This document shows, piece by piece, positions 24,557 through 38,637 of a stretch of 64,000 nt of DNA (the first letter of the stretch is position 1; each line of letters starts with the position of its first letter). A model generated the notes under the pieces. That model made no database searches. It saw only the letters and a list, made by a program, of their open reading frames with translations, and was not told the origin of the DNA. The position numbers were made by a program, and so were the translations under genes. Where the stretch lies: assembly GCA_964016885.1 (NCBI GenBank), contig OZ024742.1, positions 104,470,001 through 104,534,000 on the forward strand, in the 5' to 3' direction. Source of the DNA: Eledone cirrhosa. Its lineage: Eukaryota.

Positions 24557-26055
24557 TATGTATGGCCTTGTAATCCCTATTGGAGTCGTTAAGACGCCGC
24601 CTTTGCATACCACGTGTATTGGACATTTTAAACCTGGCAGAGCCCATCCCATTTCCAGGTCTGAACACAACCGATTTCTTCCAGAGAAGGAGAGAAAGAG
24701 ACTTGACCCCAATACTGGACTGGTCTTTTCTTTTCTTTTTTTTTATCGGGCTCGAAAGGATGAAAGGCAAAATTGACCTGGGCGGCATTTGAAAGAGAGC
24801 CAGAACGAATACCGCAAAGCATTCTTATCAGACGTATCAACGACTCTGAGAAGACGCCGCACTGTATGAGGCTAAATACTTCAATTGTTAATGTGATGTA
24901 GTCATAGGGCCGGTTTGTACTTTTCACGTGGGACAGGATATTAAGAGTAACCAGTCACCATGAACAGCATATGACACAACAGAAAATATCGCTTTTCACA
25001 CCCTGTTGTACTATGAAGAAAGGTATTCCAGCTGTAATTATCGTATCTTTTGGGGCATGCATGGTGGATCTCCGTCAGTTTCAACGATGAGTGTTCCAGT
25101 TGTTGTTCGAAAAATAGTACAAACTGCTCGTGAAATTAATGTGCAAGAGGCTGAGCATTCCATAGTTCCCAAAGAGATTCAACATGACACAGTGTGGCTG
25201 GTCCTTTGAATTACAGGTACTACTATTTTTTTCCTGCTGGGTGAACTGGGGTGACATGAAATAGTGTCTTGCTCAAAGACACAACGTGCCGCCTAGAACC
25301 AGCTTTGTCAAACGTTAATTTCAGGAGCATTTTACGGCTGTTCCGTGGATCGCATCAACTGGAACACTCGTCGTCACCACCGACGGATATCTCACACACA
25401 CGGTTCTACAAATGGCACTGCCTACACACTGTATTACAGTGTAAATGGTTGAGCAACACAATAATTTCACACATAAATTCTCGTCGACAAACGATTATGG
25501 TCGAAGACAGTTGCTCAAGATACCCTACGGCGAGATCGAACCTGGAGGCTGATGACCGTGAAGTGAATTTCTTAACCACTCCTGTACACATTGTGTACAC
25601 AACACTCACACACGATACTATTACATAGATACATATGCATGCATGGTTCCGTAACTGCCGCGGGAGTCTTAGGGGCGCCGTATACGCCGTTTCTAGAGCA
25701 CTTTTTTTAACCTGCTGGAGCCCACCTCCTCTCCAGGCCAGAGAAGGATAAAGAGTGATAGAGTGAAAGTGAGAAAGAGATATAGAGGAAGGTTCGACAC
25801 CAGTATTTGACTGGTATTTTTTTTCATCGACCTCGAATGGATGAAAGGCAAAGTTGACCTCGGCGGGATTTGAACTCAGAGAGTAGAAAGCCGAAATGAA
25901 TACCGCAAAGCAGTCTATACGACGTTCTAACGACTCTGCCAATTCGCCGCCCGCCTCATAGATACATATGCACACTCATAAACGTAAAAAGCCACATATG
26001 GTTACACAGAAACATACGTATGCAAGTGTATACACATATACATATATGTATACAC

Positions 26056-26088
<33 letters not shown>

Positions 26089-26394
26089 AACAGAGATCTA
26101 TCCGGCTATACTTAACATACATCCGTCATGTTGTTATGATCTATAGCCATTACATCCCTTCTATTGCCATCAAATGAACACTCCCACCTCTCTAATGTGA
26201 TTTATAGGCAGAAATTCTATACTGACCAACAACCAGGCACTTCGGTGTTTACTAATTGCATGAATTTCTTCCATTGTAACGTGATGTATATACCACGTGA
26301 ATTCGAGAGAGATGGCCGAATCGGTAAAGCGTCGGATAAAATGCCCGCAGTTGTATTCGTTCCGGCTCTCTATGCTCAGAGTTCAAATCCCTCA

Positions 26395-27320
26395 GTACAT
26401 GACATTGAACAAGAAGAGATTCAAAAAGCAAGAATAGAAAATCCTTCCGTACAGAACTATGATTTAAGATTTAGAAGAGGATCAGATATGAGAGGCTATA
26501 ATTTACCAACTAGTAATGAAATAACTGTTGTTTATTGGGGGGGGGGGATAGATGGTGCAGCAACTACACAGAGATATTGTCATCTACCATAAGTTCAACC
26601 TCCCCAGAAAATACCATATATTTCATGCCACTTGGACCCCATGACCAACCTTATATTGTTTCCATATGGTGAATTTGGGTGGCATAGTGACATGCAACAC
26701 GCAGGACATGCATCCGCCATAGACTGACAATGCAGGAATATTACAGATACTGTATAGCATATAGAGGAGAATTCAGTGATACATAGGGCAGGTGGATTAT
26801 TTCAGCAGTATGTAGTGGATACCTATGTGAAAGTAGAGCGATGCGGGCTTCAATGAGGAACAATCAAACCCAATTGTGAGTGGATGGGTATAATAATTTA
26901 ATGGGTTATCTAAACAGTAGCAGATGACAACACTGAGCTTGGGGTACCAGCTATTTTGTCATCGTCTTCACTGGCAGCCCAAGAAACATGCATCAGTACT
27001 TTCAGGATGCTATGACAATTGTTGCCAAATATGGCAAGCCAGCTATAACTTATACATGCAGACCTAAATGCCCTGATATTCAAAATAATTTAAATCAAAA
27101 TGAAGCATCAGAAAACACCAGATTTAGTTGCCCGAATTTTTAAGGCTCAGCTTTCTAAAATGATGAACGATATCAAAGAAAGACACATTCTTGGTGCGCG
27201 AGTGGATTATGTTTACGTTATTGGGTTCCAAAAAAGAGGACTTCCTCATTGCCATATGTTGGTCACCTTCAGAAACGCAGACAAGCTTAGAAACAGAGAA
27301 GACATTCACAGAATCGTCCT
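26395..27320 (+). pseudogene. Helitron RepHel fragment (Rep/HUH endonuclease region), frameshifted
   Basis: Ordered motifs YNLPTSNEI, LFPYGEFGW, LFQQYVVDTYVKVE, TGSPRNM..FQDAMTIV..YGKP..TYTC, PDLVARIF and FQKRGLPHCH (HUH motif). Confidence 0.95.
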
Positions 27321-27974
27321 TTCTTTCTTAAATAGTTCCTCCTAATTTTTTTTATCTGTAGAATTTCCAAGGGTCCCGCTAGTATTCATTGATTTAACTA
27401 ATGACTTGGTCATATCGACCACATTTATATAACAATCATTTTGCAAGACTGATATTACCATAAAAAAATGAGAACTACCTCATCCTTTATTTATATATAT
27501 ATATTGCGTGTGTAATGTTAGTATGTATTTGCATATGTGTGTGTGTATATATATATATATATGTGTGTGTGTGTAGAGAGAGAGAGAGATTACTTAATAC
27601 AACGAAGTTATTCAGTCAGGTCAAAGGTCGTCCATTTAGCTGTAGTGGACAGTATGAATCTTTTATCATTGGTTTTCCTATTACATTAGAACTGAATAAT
27701 TAATGGAGTTACCAATTTTAGCTTACACTAATCAATCAGCACTTGATTAGAATGTATTTTTTTATTTTTGTTGTTTCGGTTTTTTATTCTCTCTTGTTTT
27801 TTTTTTGCCTGCAAACTGAGATTAAGTTACTATATTTTAAAAATAATCCGGAATTTGGGCGAAATTAATAATATAACAAACTTTTTCATTTAGTAAACTG
27901 GTGTTTGGAATAAAATTATGATGGTAGGATTTTAGATAAATATAAATACTTCAAAATAAATAGTTTTTTAATGA

Positions 27975-28455
27975 TCAAGGAGCGGAGTCTGGCGACTCCA
28001 CAAGGACTCCGTGGTTTGTTCTGCCGCCTGAATGCTGGTCGCTTTGCTCGCTACACCGAGCTAAAACTGGTCATTAAGCGCGTCCCAGCTCGGGTAAATA
28101 TCCCCTCAGTTCTGGAGCTGGCTGGGCTATCCAGAATTGATGGGAAAAGACCAGATAGTCTTACCCTTTATCCCAGGGTAATAGGCAGATGTCTCATCTG
28201 GGATGCCACAGTTAGCGATACATTTGTTCCCTCCCACATCATGGATGCCGCGGTAGATGTGAGGATCACTGCTTTCGTTGCCGAACGGAATAAAATCCTA
28301 AAATACCGGGAACTATCAAATAACTATTTTTTGCAGCCTGTGGAATTGGACCGCTAACTGCGAAGTTCGCGGCTCACCTTACCGAGGTGTCAGGTGATGC
28401 CTGTGAGGGTGCTTGGTTGTTTCAGTGCCATCATCCGCAGTAATACTGCGAGCGG
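27975..28455 (+). pseudogene. CRE-like non-LTR retrotransposon 3' fragment (Zn-knuckle remnant plus restriction-like endonuclease)
   Basis: 'GLFC...GRFARY..L...IKR...PSVLE..GLSR.DGKRPD.LTL.P...GRCLIWDATVSDT...AERNK..KY' is a PD..D-type RLE signature. Confidence 0.88.
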
Positions 28456-29287
28456 TTTGCCTAAAACATTTCCGTTGACCCTTGTGATGTGCGGCCGATT
28501 ATCGCAGTTGGTGGTGAATTGATGGTTGTTTTTGTTTTGTTGTTTTTTCTCTCGCTTTGACCATATATTTTTGTGCATGATATATCTGTGAGGTTCCTAG
28601 TAATAATTAATTGAAGATATTTAGATTTAGACAATATGGGACCTCCTCAACCACAAGAAAGTGGACCTTAATAACGCAACTATTACAAGAAGCACTTTGA
28701 AGCAGGTGAAAACATTGTGTGTGAGTGTACCATCTCAAATATACAAAAACATTACGGTGATATGTTAATTCCGAAACTTCACTATAGAATAATAACTAAT
28801 TAGAGTGTCCACCCAGAATGTTCTGAACCACACCTCCCCGAGCTCCAAAGCCTGGCGACAGGCCTGGGTGAACTTAAATTCCCATTCCATGTTTATTTAA
28901 TTTTCACCTACAAAGTGACACGGGTAGACAATTGCATACGTGTATGTTCACACATAAACACAGATTATATATATAGTGTATATAATAAGTCGATACACAA
29001 TAAAAACAAATACATGTCAACGAAATTTCATCGTTTTTCTTCTTTATATATTTTTATTATTAGTCTTGGAGACTGGTGTAATAGTATTTTTTTTCCATAT
29101 ATTAAGGGAAGTTTAGTTGATAGGTTTGGTTACTATTTTGAAGATGAAATATGTTTTTCTTATGAAGTTAAGTGTTTTAAACGAATTATTCGTTTTCTTT
29201 TGTACCTTCCCTCGAGAACTCCATAACATCCGTCTCGGTGACGAGTGCAATAATAACAATTTATCTATCCATCTGTAAGTGCATATA

Positions 29288-29372
29288 CAGAGTATCCCCC
29301 CCCCCCCCCAAATGTATACACACTTCAACAGCATTCTAATCGATGTGTGTATACATGTTTTGGGACACCCTC
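29288..29372. mobile_element. Tc1/mariner-type mini-MITE, copy 2
   Basis: Reverse complement of 5976-6054, flanked by TA. Confidence 0.75.
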
Positions 29373-29977
29373 TATATATATACATACCCAGAGGGATATC
29401 AAGAAGTATGAAGTACCAAACGCATTTGTATACCTAAACCCATAATTATACGTATCACAAATATACTTTAAAAAATGCATATACCTACGTACATCATTTA
29501 TACACACACATACACCTCCCTATTCTCGCTATTAAGGTGTAGATACAACTAAAAAGTGACACATGTTAAGACTTGACAGTATCTCACGTACTTACTGCTG
29601 TCTGTCTACCTGCGGCCTACCTTTCTTCTGTACGGAGTATACTGGGTGAACGTTTAGAAAAAGCAATAAAAACAAATACATGTAAACGAAACTTCATCGT
29701 TTTTCTTCTTTTTATATTTTGAGTCGATAAAATATATACTAGAATATATATATGGAGTTGATCATAGCATCAATACTACCAATTATATATATATATATAA
29801 GTAAGCACACGTACATACATATATATATACACACACATATATATATATGCATATGTACGTATGGGTTATATCGAACATAAATAATAATGTTAGATTCGTT
29901 TGTAAACAAATCTGAAGCTGTGTTGTGCCGTGCCGGTGACCGATCGTCATCTGTTTGTTCAACACTGGCTTTGAGGA

Positions 29978-30020
29978 ACAATCAACATGTTTCGAGGTCA
30001 TTATCCTTCATCAGGACTGT
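29978..30020 (-). ncRNA. Minimal type I hammerhead ribozyme
   Basis: Minus strand acagtc-CTGATGA-agg-ataatga-cct-c-GAA-ACATGT-T-gattgt: 6-bp stem I, palindromic minimal stem III ACATGT, GUU triplet. Lies in a ~300-bp TA-flanked insert. Confidence 0.7.
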
Positions 30021-30201
30021 ATATCTCTGCCAGTCTGTTGAACGGTTGAAAATATTGCATTTTCTTAAGTACACATCGGCTGAGTAGCCTCATTTGCATA
30101 CCGAGCGAGTTGCGGCTGGCCTTGCCGAATATTAAAAATAAAATTAGAATGTTATTATATATATATATATATATACATATATATACACACACACACACAT
30201 A

Positions 30202-30491
30202 CAGGGGAACCTCGGTTCAAGAACTTAATTCGTTCCTAAAGGTAGTTAGTCACCCGAAATGTTCGTAAGCCGAAACTATTTTACCATACGAAATGTTGAG
30301 AAAGAGAGAGAGAGACTGTGTGTGAAAGGCGGGTAGATATCACCATAGTAACTAACTACACAGCAAGTGACGTTTCCCCGCTGATACTCCAAGCTTGTTG
30401 CCGGTTTGTGTGTTTGTTACTCGAGACACATTTCGTGAACCAAGACGTTTTATTTTTCGGAAAAAATAGTCTGTGAACCTATTTTCCACTG
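30202..30491. mobile_element. pogo/Tigger-like MITE
   Basis: TA-CAGGGGAACCTCGGTTCAAGAAC left end and decayed right end ...gtgaacctattttccactg, with internal ttcgt..ccgaa subrepeats. Confidence 0.65.
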
Positions 30492-31854
30492 TCTATATAA
30501 TGGAGTTAATTAAAGAATCAATAGTGCTAATTCATCCGGATACTTTATCAATCAATTAAATTACAATGTATTCCCTCCATCATTCACTTTCTGTTTTGAT
30601 ACCAACCCGGCCAAAACCGCATCACGTTCTCGAAAACGAAAACACCTTTCTTAAAGGACTCCTGTTTAAAGATTCTTATATCAACCTTTTGATAATTTAT
30701 ATTTCAAATACCATCTTAATAACGAAATTGATCATTTTAGTAAATCCCTTCAGATTCTTCATTAATTCATTAAACTACAGTGTATTTCAATAGAAGCGTG
30801 GTAACAAAGGGGTTAAGAACGTGGCCGTGTGCAACTTAGAGCTTCGTGCGTGATTCGTCATTTTATTCTTTCGTAATTCTTTATGTAACAAGCACTTGGA
30901 TTCTTCTGTTTCAGTTCCCCTATCTGTTGGGGAAAAGGTACCAGATTTTCTGGCGAAATGTTTCCTGGGACACGTTAGCGTCTTGTCCAGGAGAAGATTA
31001 ATTCTACAGAATCACGAGCTTTAAAAACTTGCTACACGAAATCCTGAAACTTTCACTCTTTTCCACATACACACAACTAGCAAACTGCAAATAGACACAC
31101 ACAAAATACACTGATAATGCAACAAGCAATACTGGCCGACGTGACGAAGTTCAGTTAATGAATCAGTTTTTATCAAGACCGAAAGTTCGAAGCGAACTCA
31201 ATAATGTCTATTGAAAAATGTCACTCACACATACACATAAATGTGTGTGTTTCCTGGCCTGAGTAGCGACTCATGAAGACTCAACTTTGAATTATTATTA
31301 TTATTGTCATCTACATACATCATTGGGTATTTTTGTCATTGTTCTGTATTTCACCACAGGGTGATTCCTTAGATACCTGTATTTGGTAATTACAGGTGAG
31401 ACACATCAATGGCCATTTAACGTTGATTTTCTCACTAGCATAGACAAGGACAACTGTTTAATGTAAACTTTCCCATTAGTAGAACAACCAGGTGTGATGA
31501 TAATATTATCGAAGGATTAGAATCCAGGGGAAATAATGTTATTAGGCATAATTTCCTAACCTCAATAAGCACAGGTATTTCATATTTACACACCGTTCTG
31601 CAGCACTAGTATATACATCGTATGGTTATTTATTTCTAACTTAGGTATTTAGTGATATTCTAAATGCTTTGTTAAAGAGGCAAAGTTAATATTTACAGGA
31701 ATTGTGGCGGCAGTGGTGGTAAACAGGATCCTGAGATGTTTATGCATTTCCCCAAGGACATAAGTACTATCCCTTTCCTTTATATTATATTTGTTTGTGC
31801 TTTCGTTCTGTAAGCATTTAATTATTATATCTCTTTTTATACAACAGTCAATAA

Positions 31855-31898
<44 letters not shown>

Positions 31899-31950
31899 CA
31901 TACTGAGGTGTCGGTAAACAACCAGCATATACTAAAAATATATATATATA

Positions 31951-32135
31951 TATTCGTTTTAATAAGGCTAAATAGTGAGTCTTGTTAGTCTGGAATATAT
32001 CACAGGGTCATCGGGTAAACAAGCGAAACTCCAGAGTAACAAGACTCACTATTTAACTTTAATAAAATGAATATTTAAACTCTGCTTCGGTATTCATTTA
32101 GTACACTTTTCTCACAGCCGTCAACTACATACGGA
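31951..32135 (-). mobile_element. TA-embedded fold-back element, family X2
   Basis: Inverted repeats at 31952-31987 and 32037-32071; hammerhead 3' half GAAACTC-CA-GAGTA at 32025-32038; leader motif at 32078-32106. Homologous to 56370-56555. Confidence 0.65.
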
Positions 32136-33135
32136 TATATATAATATGTATGTATACGTGTGTGTATAATTATTAATAGCGAGGAAGAAATAAAATGTAA
32201 CATACCAGAGTGAGAAATTTGGTGTCTTCGTTAAAATAAATCTATATATTGGGACATTGAATATAACACCGAGGTATAGATAGACATATAGTTAGATGAA
32301 TGGACTTAGTAAATCAAAGTTTTTGTAATAGTTATCCGTTCCATGCTACCACGTAGTGTTGTTGATGTTGGCTGAAGGTGTGTTTGTTTATTTATTTAAT
32401 TATTTATTTGTATTATTGTTGTGTTTTGTTTTTTTTTCATTGTAGCGAGATGAGAAAACAATACTGACTTAGTCTGGGTAGTTAGTTGTGGTGGGAGGAG
32501 AAAGTGTGCTTATGTGTGACTATTGGTTGTGCGGGTGTTGCTAGCAAAGTTTAGTGCTGGACTAGAAGAGACAGCCGTGGTTGGAGTATAATTTCAACAT
32601 ATAGTTTCTCTGCCTGTGTTTATATTTATTATATATTCGTCATATATTAAATGTGTTTATGATTAAATGTTTACAATTTCAATTAAACACATCGACAGTG
32701 TTGATTAATATAAAGCGGCCAAGCTAAAACCTCGAAGTCACTGATGTTTTTCTTCTTAGAAAATAAAAATTAATACTCTACTTACAAGTATTGAGTGCTC
32801 ATTCAATCAATTATTTAAATACTACCGTATTTTTATTACACATTCTAATTGTGTGTGTATATATATATATATATATAAGCATTAACCAAATAGAAACGGT
32901 GGAGAAAAAGTGTTCGTACGTGTGTATGCATTTATTATCACATGTGAATTTCCAGTCAATTGACAGATTCTAAGGGGTCAGCAAGTTTCATTCACACTGA
33001 GGGTAGGGGGTAACAAACAAACAAAATGATAGTTAGAGGAGTGGTGGTGGTGGTAAGACTATACTATGTACACTGACCCAGTTTATACATACATGTGTGT
33101 ATGTATATATATATATATATATATATGAGTGTGTG

Positions 33136-33171
<36 letters not shown>

Positions 33172-34450
33172 AGGAAGGGGCTGTGTGTGGAGAGATCTTG
33201 CCAGTCAAATAAAGATTGGATTCCAGGTGACGGCGGACGAAGGAAAAAAACACAAGAGACTGTGTTATAGGACCTACCTCAGTCCTTCTGTCACACGTTC
33301 GTTAGTTTTTTTCCCTTCTGTCTCAGTACACGTGTGTGAGTTTGTTTCTCTCTCTCTCTATCTATCTCTTTCTCTGTTGTCCTTTTACCTCACGCACTCT
33401 GTTGACAGCTAAGCCATTCTAAACTTCTGATCGAGAACGTGATTTGTTCCATGAAACCCAATAGAAAGACTTAAGCAGAGGAAAGAGAGTGTGGCGGTGC
33501 TTTTATTCTAATTGTATTTATTGTATTACCTTCTGTTATTGAACTGTGTGTGACAGTGGGGGGGGGGGGGTATTGCCTTCGAGGGTTTTAAGCCGATTAT
33601 GTCGAACCCAGTACTTGTAAATTAACACATATTTCATCAAACTCGGAAAAACGAAAGATAAAATTGACATGGGTGAAATTTGAACGCAGAATGTAAAGAG
33701 TCGTAAGGTTTCTTGTCCGACACTATCGATTGTCACAATGTATTCTGAGTTCGAACCCCGCCGAGGTTATCTTTGCCTTTCGTCCTTATGTGGTCGATAA
33801 GGTAAAGTACCAGTAATGCACTGGAGTCGATTTAATTGACTTTTCACTGCCCAAAAATTGCTGGCCTTGTGCCTTTAGTTGAAATCATTATTAGCATTTT
33901 TTTCTGGACAGAGAAAATTTATCATGAAAAGATTTTCAGGAAGAGAAAAATAAAATAGGTGGTGGGATTAAATAATGAAAAAAAAAAGTGTGTGTGTGGG
34001 GGGGGGGGGGGGAGACAGAGGCAAACTTTACACTCTAGGGTGGGGTGGGAGGTATATTCTAGCTGCTCCCTGCAGACAAAATGGTGAAAGCATTGCATAG
34101 TAAACAGCCAGAGACACTTGCGGCATCAGTCATTCCACCCCGCGAGGTGTTTTACTCTTCCCGCTTGTCTGTCCACCTGTGGAATAATTATTAAGTAAAA
34201 TATTCTTAAGGTCCAAGTAATGAGAGGTCCTATAGATTTTTCCCGAATGCTTGATTTGTAATGGACCACGATGCAATGTAACAGCTAAACAAATGCCCTT
34301 CAAAAGAGAGCCGCCTCAATCTTGCTTTCTGTCTGAAATTCCTCTAGGGAGATTAGATATTGGATTGGGAGTGAGAGAAGGTTTGAGATGGAAAGACAGC
34401 GGGTGGGGAAAACATCGTTGACAAAATCTTCGAATTATCAATAACGCCCC

Positions 34451-34498
<48 letters not shown>

Positions 34499-34709
34499 CC
34501 TGTTAGTTCTTTCGTTACTTTGGTATTGTATGGTTGGGTTTTGCCTACCGCAATGTCCAATTTGTCAAGCTATTTAAACGTATGTTACTCTAAGGACCTA
34601 CCCTTATTGAGTGCTTTGCTAACTCATTCTTATTGTAGGTCGACTTTGCTTGGTCACAGCCAAAGCTTCGATTTTACTAAGCTTTCACTTATATATATAT
34701 ATATATAAA

Positions 34710-34885
34710 GGATGGTTTTCTAAAGGAGGTCAAGGAAAAAAACCCACAGTTAAATAACGTACTCAATACGTTAGTAGAAAAGAAACATTCATTTTATATA
34801 TAAATGACTTCTACAGGACTAGAACTTTTTCATTGTATAAAATCATCAGGAATTCCTGAGTCTTGTAGAAGTGATTTCTATATAA
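34710..34885 (+). mobile_element. TA-embedded fold-back element with decayed hammerhead on the minus strand (34804-34860)
   Basis: Leader gtactcaatacgttagtagaa at 34759-34780; inverted repeats around the core; minus strand reads ttc-CTGATGA-...-GAAA.AG-ttctagtc-CTGTA-GAAGTC. Confidence 0.6.
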
Positions 34886-35189
34886 TAATTATATACATAT
34901 ATATAATGGTTTCTTATATAGACACAAGGCCAGCATTTTGGGGGGGAGGGGAAAGTCGATTAAATCGACTCCAGTGCGTGACTGGTACTTTATTTTATCG
35001 ACCCCGTAAGGATGAAAGGCAACAAAGTTAACCTCGGCGGGATTTGAACTCAAATCATAAAGAGCCGTAACTCTATGCTGCAAAACAGCATCCGACTTTA
35101 AGAAAACGTGTATATATTTATGCATAATAAACATGTCTTGATATGAATGTTTTAATCTGTGATCATGTCTCAGTAGCCACTTAAGAACG

Positions 35190-35231
35190 CCAGACACTAG
35201 TATTTGAGGATTCTTTATCCATCATCAGTGG
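35190..35231 (-). ncRNA. Decayed type I hammerhead ribozyme
   Basis: Minus strand cca-CTGATGA-t-ggat-aaaga-atcc-t-CAAA-tac-ta-gt-GTC-tgg. All three stems form, but GAAA is mutated. Confidence 0.55.
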
Positions 35232-36837
35232 TGTTTATCCACTCAGCACTGAGATTAAAATAAGCTATTGCTTATATACTTTTTGTGAATAAAATGTGTG
35301 TACAGGTAAGCTAAACTATGTGGTATACTGTTCGAAAAATGTAAAAGTAATTAGGTCTTTATGCACCTGTATTTTTTCTGTGTGTGTGTACATACATACT
35401 CACACACATATATACAGCATATCAAATGCTTCATTATAATTAGGGAAGTAATAAATGAAATTATATATATTATATATAACAAAAAAAGGGGGAATTAGTA
35501 GTGATTAACTTTCTAATCCCTACATGTTACTTTAAATTATTCACTCACTGTCTGTCTGTCTCTCTCTCTCAAAGAGTCTCTCTATCAATTTAACCAGTAT
35601 TCATCTTGTCAATCTATTTATGTCAACTCTCACTCTCTTTCTCCACACACACTCAATTTTAAAATATATATACATGCAATTTTATGTCTATTTTTTCTTG
35701 CTGGCACAGAATGAGCAAGTTGTCACAGACTGTCAATTCTTATTAAGAGAACTGTATTGTTGGGGGAAAATTGGCACAGTCATTAAATTGTTGGATAGAA
35801 AGCTTTGTAGAAATCGTCCCAGCTCTTTGAGTTCAAATCCTGCTGAGGTCAGCTTTGCCTTTCATCTTTTCAAGGTCAATAAAAAATGTGTCAGTCTTGT
35901 ACTGGGGTTGATTCTTCCTCTGTATCTCTTTCTTACTTCCTCTCTATCACTCTTTTTCCTTTTCTGGAAGAAATCAGTTGTGTTCAAACCTGGAGGGGGT
36001 TGGCTTCTGTCAAGTTTTAAATGCCCAGGACATGCTGTATGTCACTACAGCATCCCATCGATTCCATCAGGAGTTATGGGTCCATACATAAAACTATGAA
36101 TTCTTGGGTCAACCTAAGCTTTGTGAGTAAGCTAGGTTTGTGTTGCACATCCACAATGGAAGTAAAAATATCACAATTATTTAGCTCAGTGTATAAAATC
36201 ATGGATCATAACAGGAAACTAATTTTTCTCAACCCAGCTAATTCTATGATGGGTGGATTGCAGAATAATAAAAGTAGCCAAAGTAACAACCAAAGAGTGA
36301 ATTATATTCTTTAAGCTGTATATATAAATTCTTTGAAAATTCATTAACTGTTTCTGATATTCTTTATAATGTTCCTATTCCAGCAGTATGTAATACTACA
36401 CAGTGTAGATTAAAGACCTCCTTCGGTTACAAATGACCATGGGATTTGCACCTAGAAAGTTTTCCTTCTGAGACACAAGTCCAGGGAAGGTATTTTTGTG
36501 GAAGACGAAGTTGCCCATGCGTACCAGTCTCCCCTCTTCACACCACTGATATTGTCCAAGGGAAAAAAGGCTATGACTTGACACCAATAATGTCGCAATG
36601 CATTTCTATGGCTGATCAAACTGGAGCAACATGAAATAAAGTGTTTTGCTTAAGAACTCAACGCAAAGCCCTGTCTGAGAATTGAACTCACAACCTCACG
36701 ATTGTAAGCCCGTCATTCTAACTACCAAGCCATGCGCCTTCACTAATTAAATAAAGTACTAATCAATACTAGGGTTGGTTTAATCAGTTTTGCACTTCAC
36801 TCAAATTTACAGGCCTTGTGCCTAAATTAGAAGTCAT

Positions 36838-36942
36838 CCCGCCGAGGTTAACTTTGCCTTTCATCCTTACGGGGTCGATAAAATAAGTACCAGTAATACA
36901 CTGGGTAATTGCTGGCCTTGTGCCTAACGTAGAAACAATTAT
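36838..36942 (+). mobile_element. 5'-truncated SINE A short form
   Basis: Near-identical to the 3' half of 51353-51539. Confidence 0.88.
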
Positions 36943-38597
36943 TTGATTTGAAAACAAATATAGCCAGGACAGAAATACTATATAGAAAGTCAGATTGAGT
37001 GAGTTAATTTTCAACAAATTTAAACATACAGTGTTGCTGTGTTGAACATATTTCTTTGGCATAAGTATTACACAAAAATAAGCAGGATTGAGTTTTTATT
37101 ATTAGATTCAAAAACAAATTGTGACCAGATAATTTGAAGATACTACAAGATGGGCCTGTTGTGGTGAGTAGAGAGAGAGGCATTGGATGACCCCCCCCCC
37201 CCCCCTCCATACACATAGACACTTTTCAATGGTACACTCTCAGTTTTAGAAACATTTACAGTGATATGCTTATTTCAAAACTCCATCTTCGAACTATTGC
37301 GAATTAGAGTGAATCCACCCAGAATGAATTGAAGCCTCCTCCTGCCGTTAAGTTGTGTCAAGAAGAAAGCAATCTCCCTCGTGATTTATATGATAAATGC
37401 ACCCACCACATGATGTCAAGTGGTGACAGGAAGAGCATCCAATCATAGAAAACTAGCAAAGAGCTGAGAGGACTCTTCAGTTGTGCCAAACACATGACAA
37501 CCTCCCTAATAAAATACACCCTGTTGTATACAGGAATGTATGTAAGTAAATGCTGGGCTTGATTCATCTAAGAGGTCATTGACTCCGATTAATTACTAAC
37601 TTGGTCTGGGATAGCCCATCCAACCATTGCTTGTAGGGAAAACTGTCATTAAATGATGATGGTTCATCTAGAAATCTATCAAATCTGTCGTCAAGCTTCC
37701 TATCAGCCTCTCTTTCTATGTACAGACAAACATATGCACACAAATATAAATACATAAGTTAAGAATATAAGTAAAGGGCCCATAACTCCTGGTGGAGTCA
37801 TAGGGCAGGGCCAGCAAGAGAAATTTTGCAAGACGGTCCCGAAGCAGGCAAACATTTTTCTCAAAATGGATGTTGCATGGTTGCTGTGGGGCCTTCTTAG
37901 CTCTTGGGCCCCGGAACAAAGTACTGGCTGGAGCCTCCTCTCATAGGCCCTGTCATAGGGGCAGAGCCCGTTACTCCCCAAATCAGAGCACAGCCAATTT
38001 CTTCCAGAAAAAGAGGAAGATAAAGAGGAGCGAGAGAGAAAAAGAAACAACAAAAACAAACTGAATGAAGCTAGGTTGTGGTCATTCTAAGCTCAATAGC
38101 CAGTGGTCATCAACTACAGACTGTTATTAATCACCAAGACACATAATTAACAAAGTTTCTTCATTATTGTTTTATTTTTATTTTTCCATTGAACAATGAA
38201 TGAAGTAAGGTAAGTTGAGTCACTTAAAGTTACAAACCTATCATTCAACTGTTGCATGTGTATGTCACAAGAGGTGGTAGCAGAGAGACAGTTGATAAAA
38301 TAAAGTACCATTTGATCACACTATAAATGTGGTTGGCATTAGGAAGGGCATCCAGTTGAAGAAACCAATCCAGAAACAGTTATGTATAAGCGAGGCATTG
38401 TCATCTGACCTGAATTGAGTTGACTCACAATGGGTCAACTTGTCTAACCCATACTAGCATGGAAAAATGGATGTTAAATAGTGATGGTCATGATGCCCCC
38501 TTTAAAATATGTGGTCTTGGGCTGGAAATTTCTATATACACACATATATATATATATGAAGTTTAATATAGAAATGGCTTCTACAGGACTAGTTCTG

Positions 38598-38636
<39 letters not shown>

Positions 38637-38637
<1 letters not shown>

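Noticed and set aside
25406-25975. 189-aa ORF
   Set aside because: Read-through of a SINE C copy and adjacent repeats; recurring peptides such as 'SSNPAEVNFAFHP' in many ORFs are SINE translations.
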